DNA of 39,927 nt from Glycera tridactyla (taxonomy: Eukaryota): NCBI GenBank assembly GCA_965644265.1, contig OZ286473.1:38588074-38628000 (forward strand), read 5' to 3'. The translations under genes were made by a program, and so were the position numbers. Below are positions 12,250 through 25,208 of the stretch, in pieces. Under the pieces are notes generated by a model that saw only the letters and a program-made list of their open reading frames with translations, did not search any database and had not been told where the DNA came from. Every line of letters starts with the position of its first letter. Within the stretch, counting starts at the first letter, position 1.

Positions 12250-13200
12250 AATTGCATATGATGAAGAACCGGGGCGCACTATGAAAAGTGGAAAGAGGAA
12301 ATAATTACTTTCATCAAGGATATCGCGATAGAGATTTAATATCATGAGTGGCAGTAGAGAGCTCACCGATGAACTAACATATCCACACCCATAAATATCT
12401 CCCTTATGGGGCTATGTTTAGCTGAACAATAGCTGAATTAAAATAGCACAGGGCATAAATTTACAGCAATGCTTCACCTTCAATATTCCAAATGATTTGA
12501 TTGTAATCCTTCAAGGGATCTTAAGAGTTCCCCAATGTAATCCAAAGCACAATCAAAGTGAAGTCAATGTCAAGATTGACAAGGACTCCAAAAAGGTGGA
12601 CACTTTCGAGTGAAAGAATTCAATTGCAAACTGCAGAATTTAGTGCTTGATTGATTGGTCCAACAACATGTGTCGAACCAAACAATGGTGTTTGCCACAT
12701 GTTTCTGATCTATGGATGCTGGAGGCCTGCTCACATTCCCTGGCATCCCTCAAGCAAACCCCGGACGCAAACCTGATGGGGACCAAAAATGTCAATTGGA
12801 AGATAATTCAGACACACCTCCACACAACTGTTCAGACCGAATAACCTGGCGATGCCATATTAATACATGTGACTGGCAGAAAACCATCTCTCAAGCCTGA
12901 TAGCAATTTCCTCAATCCAAGCAAAGCACAGTACTCAACAATTGTAAGGCATGAGGTTCGGAGAAAACTTGACCAAAGTCCATGAGTGAATGATGAAAGT
13001 GTTTCAAGTTGGCAAGGACTTTTGAGGAATGTAATCATAAGGGCAGGTGAACTTCTATGAATCCGAGACGGTGAATCACAGTCATATGGGATCAGTTCTA
13101 TCTATCACGGATAGCAGACAGTGAATCATCATATTAATGAGAGCACTTATTTCAATGCACCTGGCAACCGTCGTCTAGGGATGTTGACATGAGAAAATTA
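12250..13200 (+). mobile_element. Degenerate RTE-like LINE, AP-endonuclease region
   Basis: Collinear weak motifs: PINISLMGLCLA (cf. NITIIQVYAP), IPNDLIVILQG..VNVKIDKD (cf. ..LIIMGDFNAKIG), LIDWSNNM (cf. LIEFC..N.L), KPDGDQKCQL (cf. SPDG.T.NQID) and SSWQGLLRNVIIRAGE. Confidence 0.45.
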
Positions 13201-13429
13201 GATGAACCTAACGACCTGCGAGCAGCATTAGTGACAACCTACAAACTAGCACTTTGATCAATGATAAAATCGACCTGTAGCATCCGCCATCATCAGAGTA
13301 TGGCAACAGTGTGTTGGCCTCAGGCGGATACTGATGATTGCCAGTGCACTGCTCTGCTAGTCCGTGTTACAATCAAAGTTATTAGAGTGAGTGTGGGTTG
13401 GTTAGTCCCTAGGCTTGGAGGGGCATTGA

Positions 13430-13790
13430 TAGAGTTACTGATGTGCTATGTGAGTGTGTATAGTGGTGTTGATGTTTGAGATGGTGGTTGTGATGTTGAT
13501 TGAGGTGATGCATTTGTGAATGATAGAACTGTCCCTGTGTTATGTGAGTGTGTATAGCGGTGCTGGTGATTGTAGTTGTGGTGTGGATTGGGATAATGAA
13601 TGTGTTGAAAGATAGAATTACCACTGTGCTATATTATTGTGTACAGTGGTGTAGGTGTTGGTGGGGATGATGGTTGTGGTGTTGATTGGGAATATGAATG
13701 ACATGGATGATTGAATTACCACTGTGCTATATGATAGTGTGTAGTGGTGTTGGTGTATATGGTGATGGTTATTGTGGTGATGAATGGGGT
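13430..13790. repeat. Degenerate GT-rich tandem repeat, ~4 copies of a ~90-105 bp unit
   Basis: Recurrent GAT(A/T)GAA..TGTG(C/T)TAT.TG..TGTGTA.AG(T/C)GGTG, with exact GAATTACCACTGTGCTATAT twice. Confidence 0.7.
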
Positions 13791-15499
13791 GTTTGAGCTG
13801 TTGCCGATGTTGCACTTGTTGTTGGAGTAAATGTAAACTATATGTAGTTCAGTCAACACTACGTGTCGTTACTCAATGTTCTAATATATACCTATTGTCT
13901 TTTGAATATAGTATATATGTGTTTTATTGTTCTTAATGGGTACATCGAGTCGTCGAATATAGATAACTTTGAGAGTAAAATCAATATAAACATATGGTTG
14001 TAGTACTAGTAGTTGTTGTTTAAGTTGTTGTCTAAGATGGTGATGTTGGTTATGACAATGGCAGCGACAAGGACGAAAACCATTAAGGCGAAAATAGTGA
14101 AGATGGAGATGGTGGTGAAGGTGGTGGCTGTGGCAGTGGTGATAGTGGCAGCGGCGGCAATTTTGGTAACTGCAGTTTTGTGTCGATTGTCGTGGAGGCA
14201 ATATCGTGCTGATGTTTCTTTTTTGGTGGTGATTGTGGTATTAGTAATCGACTACGCGGATACACTGACATTGAAATACTCAGGAAGCTGATCATTGCTT
14301 GGCAATAAACTAATATATTTATATTTTGGAAGGAAGGAGACACACAACTGGAGTTTTCGAATGAAAAGACAGGCAGGGAGATTGGCTGGTCATCTCGACA
14401 GATCCGCAACATATATGATCTTCAGGATGCTATGTGAGACAGTAGTACCCACTAAAATGTACCTGTCACATTTGGATTTGGCCGACTAGCTATATTGCAG
14501 AGAAGCCCTACGGACAGACCATGGGGTATGCTTCCATATTTGATCACTAATCGACTCAGGAGAGTGTGATGGAAGATGCTGTCTCCCAGGCATCGACTCC
14601 AGATTACTATCATTATTCCAGCCGAATTAACATTTGCTTTACAGATCACTTACTCACTGGTAGAGGATTTGTCGACATGCCAACAGGTTTGCCCAGAGGA
14701 GCTGGTCTTAGTGCACCATTGTGGGCCATGGGTCGGCGCATTTGGATTGCTGCCATCTTCCTTCCCACGCTTACCTTCTGAACATACAATTCTACCAGAA
14801 ATTTGGTCTTCATTTTTTTGCAGCACTATCGTATTTGACGTGTAATCCTTCNNNNNNNNNNNNNNNNNNNNNNNNNNNNNNNNNNNNNNNNNNNNNNNNN
14901 NNNNNNNNNNNNNNNNNNNNNNNNNNNNNNNNNNNNNNNNNNNNNNNNNNNNNNNNNNNNNNNNNNNNNNNNNNNNNNNNNNNNNNNNNNNNNNNNNNNN
15001 NNNNNNNNNNNNNNNNNNNTGACAGCAGGCGACAGCATCTCTTCCAGTGATCTGTAGACATCCCTCCTAAGCTACCGCTTCTATGTGTGAAGGCCCATCA
15101 ACCCACACACTTTGTTAGATTAGTAAAGACAATAGCGAGCTAGTGGCAATGAGCACCATGTCAGCAGTTCGGACAGAGATCACTGACATAATTGAGCATC
15201 ATCAATTTTTCATCATCATAATTGTAATTATCGTTATCGTTGTTTCTCGTCATTCCCTTGTCCTTGCAATCTTCCTGCTCTGCTTTGTCCTCATCTTCAT
15301 CACCATCATATGCATATGAAAGATGGACGTGTGCTTCCTCGAAACTGAAGGCCACGCCTGTCCTGAGTAGAAAACCATAGTGGTTGAGCAACAAGGTGAG
15401 TAAATCGAGGCGAGATTACGTAGAATTACCTTAGATACCACCAAATTTCCACCGCAGTAATCCCAACATATTGATCTGATTGGCAATTTAGCACATTGC

Positions 15500-16130
15500 T
15501 TTCAGACCATCAGGCTGTTGAGTGTTCACCTGTCGGTCTTTGAAGGTAAATCATCTCGTGCAGACATGTGTGATGGCATGTCTCTATTTCGCTCCCAGTC
15601 TCTTAGTCTTTTGTTGTGTCTTCTACAGACACAATACCAACACAGGGAATAGACAGATACTAAGGCCTGTGAAGTACAATGGCATTGGACCTGTTAGATC
15701 ATATGGTTGTTCGAACACTAATCATATGATGAATTAGAGCTTTTTCTCCAGTGATTGTTTGGTCAGTTGAATCTTAGTGGTGTATGGTTTATGCTGTCAT
15801 TACTGCTGGAGGACATTCCTGTCAGTGCTTTTTCATGCTGAGACTGAGATAATCATCAGGACAGTGGTATACTATTGCTTCGTAATTCAATGATGTTTTT
15901 CCTTCAGTAAGCAGACTGAATTTAGGAATGTGTTGATGTCAGATTGTCATGATTATCACTCATTCTATCATGAGCAAGGTGTCTGGATATGGTGGTGTCA
16001 CTTGTCAGTGCCAATGATACAGTCTCTCTTGAATGATTCTCACTTTCTATATATATCCATGTACATGATGATCGAGGCCTTTTAGAATGCCTTGAATCAG
16101 TTTCAGTCACCAATATATATTTTCACTGCC
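15500..16130 (-). mobile_element. Possible degenerate L2-like LINE RT fragment
   Basis: ESENHSRETVSLALTSDT (cf. GFR.NHSTETALL.VT.D) followed by DNHDNL (cf. TVDHDIL); otherwise heavily eroded. Confidence 0.35.
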
Positions 16131-19100
16131 TAAAACTCTACAAATCTTCAAAATTATATTTCTCTTGAATTCCCCACACCTGAAAACATACATCTAGACA
16201 CTAAAACCACTTTGCTAGCATCATTAGATCTTGAGATATACTCCAAAGACCAATTCCCTTCAATCTTGGATCTCTCGTAAAGCTCCAGGGTGAGAGGTCC
16301 ACACCCACTCGATTCTGAACCTGGGTACCCTAGAGATGGAGAAAATGCAATAAAATGCCCCCCCCCCCAATTTCTTTCAAGGTTCAGCCCCAAATGCCAA
16401 TTGGCTGCTGGACTAAAGATGATGGTGATCCAGTTGGGCCATTAAGTTGACATTTCAGATGCCAGAGAACAAAACGGTGAATTTCTTTTCGAGTGGAGTG
16501 TTGAAACAGACACGACAGGGCTTTATCGACCACAGCCTCGAGATGGGGTTCATGTTGTCTGATCAGATTGTTCGAGTGTGTATCACAAGCTTGGTGGGTG
16601 TACCTACTATAAGGGCTCTTAACTAAAAGGGAACAGATTGACTACAAGGCAGGAAATGTGCCTTCCAGTCAGTGTCTCGTCATCTTTCAAATGATGGGTG
16701 ATGGCCCATCTTTTGAGATGGAGGTAATGTTCACAATTCGCTCGAAAAGGGCTCCATATGTACATAAAAGAGAGACAAGAATTTGTATAATGGCCGTCAA
16801 ACAAAAGATTCGTGGTCGAACCCTACACACTTTCACTTTGAGATAACTTCACAGGTTTGATGCCATCGTATCTATCATGTGTGATACGTTGCATCACATT
16901 GAACTGTGATTGTGATCCTTCATAGGGATAAGGGATTTCATTTGGTTGAAATGATATGTGTCATTTTATCTAATGCATACCAATGGAAAACAATAAATGT
17001 CGAAAGGCCAAGCGTACTTTTATGATATATCAAGCATTTGAAATCTCCTTATGGATTAAATGTATGAATTTTGCTGAAAATGGTTGGAAAGTTGTATCGT
17101 TAATTCTTTGCCAGTACAAACTCGTACATATTGACGAGCCAGGTGGTGCAGAAATCATATTGAATCAGAATATATTGATGAGCAATTCTCTGTGATCCAT
17201 GAACACATTAAGAATGAGTGTGTTCAAGAATGTGGCACAGAAAATATGTTGAACAGAAAATATGTTGAGCATTGTCCATTGCAATATCACCGATCTACCC
17301 ACCCACTCCTATATCACAAATGCACTCATGGAAAATATGTATATGTTCACACATTTGCCTATTTTTATGATAAACACCCCCTATACATGTACACGAAAGC
17401 CGCCTATTTATTCCTATATTTATTCACCCACTTATTTATACATCTATCTATCTATTCGTATTGGCACTTATTTGTACCCATGTATACCTCTGTGATAATA
17501 CTATATGAAACAGTTTGCCTATTCATCAATCACGCAGAAACCAAACCTCAGCCTCGCTATTTTATCTCATCTTACAATAACCACCTGATGACAATGGGCA
17601 ACCACCCACCAGGACCTGAAAAACCATACTCAGACCCCCGTTAACCCTGAGCATGGTTAAGGATGACAGAGTATGTATACTAATTCAAACTAAACCCACT
17701 CATCTAGTACACTATGCAACCTTAATATGGTTGCCGAGTCTTGTAGGCCCGCCAGGGGCCGGGGGTCAATTGTACTAATACCTAACCACTGCAATACTTG
17801 TAGATGACCTATGACTCGTTAATGAAAAATATGTTTTGTTATGTTATATGTTGCAATGGGCAGTATTATTTTTCATCAATACTTGTGTACATCATATTGG
17901 GGACAAGATGCCCATCTGAAGACGGAACTTGTTTTCAAATAAATCCAAAGGGGTTGATTAATGGTAAGTATATATTCTTGTCTCTGGCGACATTTTTGTC
18001 TCTTTCATCCATAATATTTATACTGTTTCGAAGAATTCAAATAGGTGAATGGATATAATGTGTCACAGGTCTCACGTAACAAGTGTAAATATTGTTAGCC
18101 AGTCCATATTTTTTTGCAAGGTTCTGAAAGTATCTTCCTCGTGAACTCAGCTGAGTACTATGACTTTTTCTTTCATACAATGGATAATCCAATATTTATT
18201 TGTGGATAATGGCAAAACTACGGACTTCTGGATGAGAAAATACAGCAGTCCCTGAAAAATTAAACGACCGTTGCTATTTTTGCCGCATTCATGCACCATG
18301 GATGTTTCTGTTATGAAGACAAGTATAATGAATTCATGGTTAGGACTTGTTTGTAAGCGTGTATCATATGATCATACAGAGTATAGAGTGGATGGAGTAG
18401 CTGCTGTATTTAACAATAGAGTGTATTGACATATGAATAGACACCGCTTCTCAGTACTGGAATAGGTGGCTAGCAAAACGCCCACATCCCCTCTGATCTG
18501 TCCGCATGTTAACATATATTGCCAAATGCCCACGCATCTCTGCTGTTCATTCAGCCAGCTAGCAGTTCCTTCACATCGCCACTGGTTCTTGGTTCTAACC
18601 ATTGATACTTCATCCTTGCGCTGTGACCATCCTTTTCCCTACTTCTGCTCCTACTTCTACTTCGAATACTATCATCACTCTCAAAAATTTACGTTAAATT
18701 ATCATGCATTGTTTATCTGTCCGTGACACTCAACAATATTATCACTGTTAAATTTACCTCATATCATTGTGTTCTTTTTATTAGTATGTACCACTCAACC
18801 GATATATACTGTATCTTTATGATCACTATGTATATGTTAAAATTCTAAAAAATATATAGAAAAACCAATGAAAGTATCTCGCTGCACAGGAGTGCATTAG
18901 TAGGTGGGAAATAGGTGTGAACACCGTGACCAAAAGCCGCTTTATAGGGGCGGGAAAATTTGGACATATATGCATGTGTAGTATTGAATACAGTATGAAT
19001 ATGTTTTTCATTTTTTTTTCCTGGTCACAAAAATGAAATTACTGTTTCACTNNNNNNNNNNNNNNNNNNNNNNNNNNNNNNNNNNNNNNNNNNNNNNNNN

Positions 19101-19699
19101 NNNNNNNNNNNNNNNNNNNNNNNNNNNNNNNNNNNNNNNNNNNNNNNNNNNNNNNNNNNNNNNNNNNNNNNNNNNNNNNNNNNNNNNNNNNNNNACTACC
19201 ACTAAGATAACTACTACTACTACCATTGCCATCGCTGATATCACAACTGCTACTGCTACAAGAACAAATAGAACAAAAACAACAACATCACCCACTACCA
19301 CTACTGCTAATACTACTACTACTACCATCATTACTACTGCTATAATTACCACCGCAAATTATTCAGAAATTAGCATTACATCAGCAGCCATATTTCTGCT
19401 GAGTGAATTTGAGTACCTTGCTCATTATCCATCTGAATCCTAATCTCGTTTGATGAGCAATTGAAAGTACACTGTATTATCAATTATTCTCTTTTTCATT
19501 TATGGTCATATTAGTGGAAAATGTTGATGCATTGATCCATTCTATATACGAGTGTGCTAGGCATTGGTCTTGGACATTAGAGTGAGAATGTGTGAATATA
19601 CTTGCGAGAGCTCATGACGAATTGCTCCCTATTTACTACCACCACCACTTTCTTTTGAGACCCTTTCCGGATTGGAACCAAGAAATGAGAGTAATTGAA

Positions 19700-21300
19700 C
19701 ATTCATCTCGGTAGACATAACTTCGCAGACCTCATATACTGTCTCAAAATTCACTCTAATGAGGATCAGCTCAAATTCGAACAAGTATAACGAAGCCACA
19801 CAGGATGATGCTGAGATCTACAATTGAAGGCCGCTCTATCATACATCACATCGGTCTTTGGCTGGTGTGCGTCCCTAGAAATCATGGATCTGCATTCAAT
19901 GGCCATCCCAGCTAGCGCTAGGTGGATTATCTGAGCTTCCCATGCCATGAAGCAGAAATAATTACGTAGCCTTATCGACAGGCTGATGTTTCCATGAAAA
20001 AAAAAACTTATCCATCTCGTCTCGTTGGATGGCATGCTTTCCATCGTGGCAGCAGGACCGACACATTGCTGTCTTGTTGATCTGTCAGTAGCAAGACTGT
20101 AGTTGTTGTGCTGCTTATATTTCAAGAGGGGTCATCCAAACTACATGCCTGTGTGGCTGCCAAAATTCAATAGGTAATAAGCACCCTCATTGTGATTTGT
20201 GTCTAATGCATGTAGGCAAAATAAGAAATGCTTCACAGCAATTCATATGAACCGATGTTGACGTTTCTCCTACACATACCTTTTTCACTGAGCTAGCAGG
20301 ACAAATGTAGTACTGAGGAAAGGAGTCTATTCTAAGTCAACTGCCCCTCGTATTTAGTGGCCAGGCTGTCTTGTGGATCACGGCTTGAATATATACACTG
20401 TTTTCACTGTTTCTTATACAGAATAACGAGTATAGCCAGATGGGATGAGAGGGGAAAGTGACACCAAGCATACTGACATCGGAAGAACATCGTAATTCCT
20501 GCAAAGAATCGAATACTTTATTGATTGAATTGAGGAGTCAATCGTTTGATTCTCCACTCACAGATATCAGATGCCTCGACCCATCCCTGTTCAATTTGAA
20601 TACCCATATCGTTTAATTTTCAGTCGAATCTCAGGATCACTTCTAAGATCATGAGAGGCATAGGAGATAGCAGGATCATCATCGGTGGCGAGTATGTTTA
20701 GTGAAGGCTCTATGAGTGAGCGCTACATCTATGATCATCAGTCTACCATTTTGTATGGAAGCAAAATAACTTGAGATCACAAGCAACTGGATATGGGTTG
20801 ATTTTTGCCATGGGTTGCTGTGTGATCACTTATCCAAATTCCCTTGTCAGGGCCACGAACATTTGATTGAATATCCCCCATTAGGTTGATCATGGTTATT
20901 ATAGCTTTCAATGGCTTTTGTATCATGCAGAACCATATACCTATGGGTAGATCCCTAGACGTGTGCTGGTCCCTGTCCAAGGTCATTGTGTACTTATCAT
21001 ACATTCCCCAATAGATCAGAAATTGATCATGGCTGTTGTAGATTCCAATCCTGTTTGTACCATTTCGCCAGGTATACTTTTGTTTGACATGGCCAAAAAA
21101 GAGATCCAGGCATTCAGGTTGAGACCCTTCCGTCTTTCATGAATATCTGTCAGTGGTATTCACTGAAATGAGGATAGAATTCGAGGGTAACAGGCCCTGA
21201 TTTCAGTAATTTCATGCAAATGCCAATGAAATTGGATGGGAATGCTTTTCTGTTTTGCCATAATTGCAATGTGAAATTAATTGTCATCGAATAAAGTCTC
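19700..21300 (-). mobile_element. Possible very old LINE endonuclease/linker remnant
   Basis: RIGIYN (cf. IGVYRPP), INLMGDIQ (cf. IILMGDFN), ISDHT and KYKQHNN (cf. KYK..RN), roughly in the expected order; weak. Confidence 0.25.
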
Positions 21301-22599
21301 ATCCACGGGGTGTCATTTCAATTAACAGAAAACGCCCCTGGTATAACTTGTGCCTGCACCAAGGAGACCCACCCAGAACGATGCAAACCACTTCAGAATC
21401 TAATCTTCGTATAGGGTCCACCATTGAACAGGCTTCAAAATGCTCCATAAATTCTATTTTCTGGTGAGATATGCCAACCGGCATATCTCCCTCTCAACAG
21501 TATTATATAACAGAAATAACATCACATGACAAATACATCAGATATTCAAACATGAAGTAATGTATGACTCAAAGCATTGTTACAGTACACATGAATAAAT
21601 GTCTGGTTTCCTGATTATATAGCATGCAATTGGAAGTAATTGCGTTATTTGAACCTATTTGTACTCAAAACATCACATGTTGCATTCCACCCAACACCCT
21701 GGGTTGACTGAGTACTATTGGTAATCAGCCATACACTGCAGAATCAATACAAGTACAGACTATAAATTAATTCAATAATTTCGAAACTATGATTTTGACC
21801 AAATTACAGAGATTGTGTCTTAAGCATGGAAACATATCAACAGATGCGAGCCTTCTGAAGGCTGAACAAGTGACACGCCGAGAACTGGAAAGCCATCATC
21901 GCACCATCCTTCCCAATTAGCACACATGATATACTCGCAGTATTTGCATATACAAATGTAGTGCAGTCGATCCTGCATGTGGGGATCAGCTGCACCTCGA
22001 TAAATCTCACCCGAGCTCGGAGGCTGATGATTTTCCATTGCAAAGAGCTGATCTCTCAAATGTGTCGTCGCGCGTGCTATTCGGAAACCATGAAAAATTT
22101 GGCTGACATTCTATGCATATAGTGGTCTTCAATCTGCTATTCTGGACAAGGTAATCATGATCCCTAGCAGACCGGTTCAAGTTTGATCAATTCTCATCTC
22201 CCATTAAGTAGATTTAACAATGCAGGATCAATCACATTGGATGAACACCCTTTTGTTACCTGCGCTGCCTATTGCCGTGCGAAATAGAATAAAAATCTCC
22301 ATGATATTTCACTTAGATCAAAATAATTCAGGACCCCAAACATAGCAATGAGTCAATCTTGGCGACTTCAGGTGAATCAAAGTAGATGGCACTCCTGCGG
22401 AATCTTCACTGGCATCAGAGGGTGCGTGGGCATGGTGAGAATCGGGGCTGGGTGCATTCAAATTTTGGAGACATACAAAACCGATATAATAGTTTGGAAA
22501 CTAATGCCAAGCGAACATCGAGGGGTTACCGGAATGTCCGGTAAGTGACGAGAGTTACGACCATTACGACAGTAAGGTTACCGAACAGCAAAATGGTGA

Positions 22600-23300
22600 C
22601 AGAAAAATGTTTGGCAGGGACCAATGCTTTGATTGGTTTGTGTTGCCTGGACTTCATATTCAAGATGTGTCCTCCCTTGTTCGTTGTGGTAGGTACACAG
22701 TCTGTGTAATGTGATCCACCATCAAACATGATATATTCATCATCGATCTAACACAAGAAAAATGTGTAATGTGATTCACCATCAAACATGATATATTCAT
22801 CACCGATCTAACCCAAGAAAAATGTGTAATGTGATTCACCATCAAACATGATATATTCATCATCGATCTAACCCAAGAGAAATGTGTAATGTGATTCACC
22901 ATCAAACATGATATATTCATCATCGATCTAACCCAAGAAAAATGTGTGATGTGATCCACCATCAAACATGATATATTCATCATCGATCTAACCCAAGAAA
23001 AACGTGTTGAGAAATTGAACACAATACCAAACATATTTGGGAAATATCTCTCGATTCTGAGGTGGATTCCAATTCAATCTATGATCTTCTATGTATCTGA
23101 AATTGATTTCGATCTTGTGGGAATACATCCGATAGAGTGTCCTCTCACACCATCTTATCTTGGAACGGTAAGCCTAAATATACGAACAAGTTGATAGGGA
23201 TGATCCCTCATGTCCGGTGCCTTGCTGTGAATGGCTTTCAAGTAAGTAGTTCAATGCAATCATAAAGATAGATGTGTTTCGATCATTCCTATCCGAGGGT
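22600..23300 (-). mobile_element. Possible degenerate LINE RT fragment hosting a 60-bp tandem expansion
   Basis: KAPDMRDH (cf. KAFDTVDH), *DGVRGH (cf. YGVRG), then LMVDHIT (cf. LFADDT) inside the repeat unit. Confidence 0.3.
22703..23002. repeat. Five near-identical 60-bp tandem repeats
   Basis: Unit TGTGTAATGTGAT(T/C)CACCATCAAACATGATATATTCATCATCGATCTAACCCAAGAAAAA starts at 22703, 22763, 22823, 22883 and 22943, with only a few substitutions per copy. Confidence 0.97.
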
Positions 23301-23847
23301 TACAATATTGTCCCACTGTTGTTGAATCAACAGTTACCACCGCAATGCATCCAGGTTGTGTATTTGTTGATTGCTTTTGATGACCTCATATCGAGTACAC
23401 CAGAATTGCTTGTAATCTATACTATTTCATGCACATCCCTGTCATGGGTGATACAATAAGAAAAAAAGGCCACGGATGCAACGGAATCCTGAACATGATT
23501 CCCACATCCACGTCGGAGATTTCTTGTTCAAATTGACTGCATCTTGTGACTGAACTGTTCATATCCTAAAGAGCCTCAAACTGGACACCTCTATCTCTAT
23601 TTGTATATTTTTTGGTGGTAACTGTTAAGCCGAACCAATCAGGTTAATTCAAGAAGAACGGACTAGTCTCGTTTCTCATGTCGTTAATGCAGTTTTGACT
23701 GCATTATTGAAATGCACTGACACGTGCTGGGGATTCTTATATTTTAACATGATGGAAGGGAATGATCTCAAGATCAATGTAATATGTGTATACAGACATG
23801 ACTGGGCTTCAACATAGGTTGGTTTAATCATCTGTATCCAAGGTTAT

Positions 23848-24257
23848 GGTTGCCATGGCAACCAACAAAGTAGAGAATTCTCCCTGAAATCATACATTTT
23901 GCAATTTCGCCATGAGTTCCCAGCTGATAGTTATGAATGTTGAATGTAATTATTCTCAGATACTTGGCCTCTCACAGATCCTATGGGGGGCTACTCAAAT
24001 TTCCTTGTAGTTTTCACAATTTTTGATGACAAATGCCCTCTGATTTTGAAAAATCACCTTTTTTCCATCTTTATTCCATGATATCATGGAAAAATATTCT
24101 GAAATCTCAGTAGCCCCCCCTATGAACTGATAGAGACCTCCAAGATGAACAAAATGATGTGCTCCTTCTGTATGTAACCCCCCAGGACTCATTCCGGATT
24201 TCAAAAATGTGTGATTTCAGGTGGAATTTCTTGGTTGCCATGGTTGCCATGGCAACC
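23848..24257. mobile_element. Foldback/MITE-like non-autonomous element bounded by GGTTGCCATGGCAACC palindromes
   Basis: Perfect 16-bp palindrome at 23848-23863 and 24242-24257. Inverted arms CCTGAAATCATACATTTT / AAAATGTGTGATTTCAGG and GGGGGGCTACTCAAATTTC / GAAATCTCAGTAGCCCCCC; TTCCATGATATCATGGAA palindrome at 24074-24091. Confidence 0.7.
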
Positions 24258-25147
24258 AAACTCTGAACGAATTGGTTGAACTCTGCTCAAATAAAAGCTG
24301 AACCGTTCAGGTCATATGATGATCAGAAAAGTGCCATGTAATGTAAAGATATTCATGTTCAAAATATGGAATAAACATGGAAGAGTAGGATCATGTTTGA
24401 ATATACCATAGATTGCATTAATGACATGAGTTGGCTGATCACTATGTGCAGCATTAGCATCTCAACTAAGTTACAACATAAACAATGTCATTGGTATCCA
24501 AAGCCAGGGATGATATTTCAGTATATTCTGTTGACATCACAGAACGTCCGATACTTCAGCATTCTTGTATTTGTATGTTTGTTACTTCTTTATTTTGATT
24601 CGTCTGTGCAAACATATACACATATGTACAGGCTACACACTGATACTCCTGTAAAGAAGTCTTCCAAGGTTGACAAAATATACCTTCAACGCAATTGACA
24701 GGTATCAGATAAATGACGATGATCATGATGATTGTATGCTTTGAATGATATGAGATGAATTGATACGAAGTGAGGTGAGAAAATAATGTGAATATTGTAT
24801 CCACGGGTGTCATCGATCTTAAAGCATTGAATTGTGCATTGTTGAGTTATAATTCAATATAACTAAAGTACATGGCCACAAGTCTGATACAATAGAATTA
24901 AAGACGAAACAAAACTATTCAGGGTGAAATATGTGGATAAAGTGAATATTTCATCTGAATATCCGCCAAAAAGCAAACTGCAAGAGGTTCCGATCGACAA
25001 TAGCAAAAACAACGATTTCATTGGGCTAAGACAGCATAACATTCGAGTAGAGTAATTGCCGTTAAAAATCACATGTAGTCGGACACGAAGATCTGTTTGT
25101 GACGATGCTAACGTTGTCCTGTTCACCGAGTCCATGTTCATATCCTT

Positions 25148-25208
25148 CTTCCATCAGATCAGAGAGGTATGTGTGTGTGTGCGTGCGCGCGCACTCGTGT
25201 GTGTGTGT
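25148..25208. repeat. (GT)n/(GC)n microsatellite
   Basis: GTATGTGTGTGTGTGCGTGCGCGCGCACTCGTGTGTGTGTGT read directly. Confidence 0.9.

Noticed and set aside
14658-14777. Possible 120-nt minus-strand exon (TGTTCAG|...CCA|GTGAGT)
   Set aside because: Two frames are open, neither peptide is recognisable, and competing donor-like sites are present; insufficient support.
15630-15737. Strong plus-strand acceptor followed by an open frame
   Set aside because: No good donor, and it lies antisense within a probable L2-like relic.
4878-17648. piggyBac-like AGGGTTAA (4878) and TTAACCCT (17641)
   Set aside because: They face outward rather than enclosing an element, and the inverted match does not extend.
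17725-17775. tRNA-like stretch GTCTTGTAGGCCCGCCAGGGGCCGGGGGTCAAT
   Set aside because: No cloverleaf, A box or intact GTTCRA B box; at most an unprovable SINE-head relic.
20422-20460. Strong polypyrimidine acceptor TTTCTTATACAG
   Set aside because: All three frames stop within 14 codons and no convincing donor follows.
22660-23034. 124-aa ORF with 20-aa repeats
   Set aside because: By-product of a 60-bp tandem array lacking stops in one frame.
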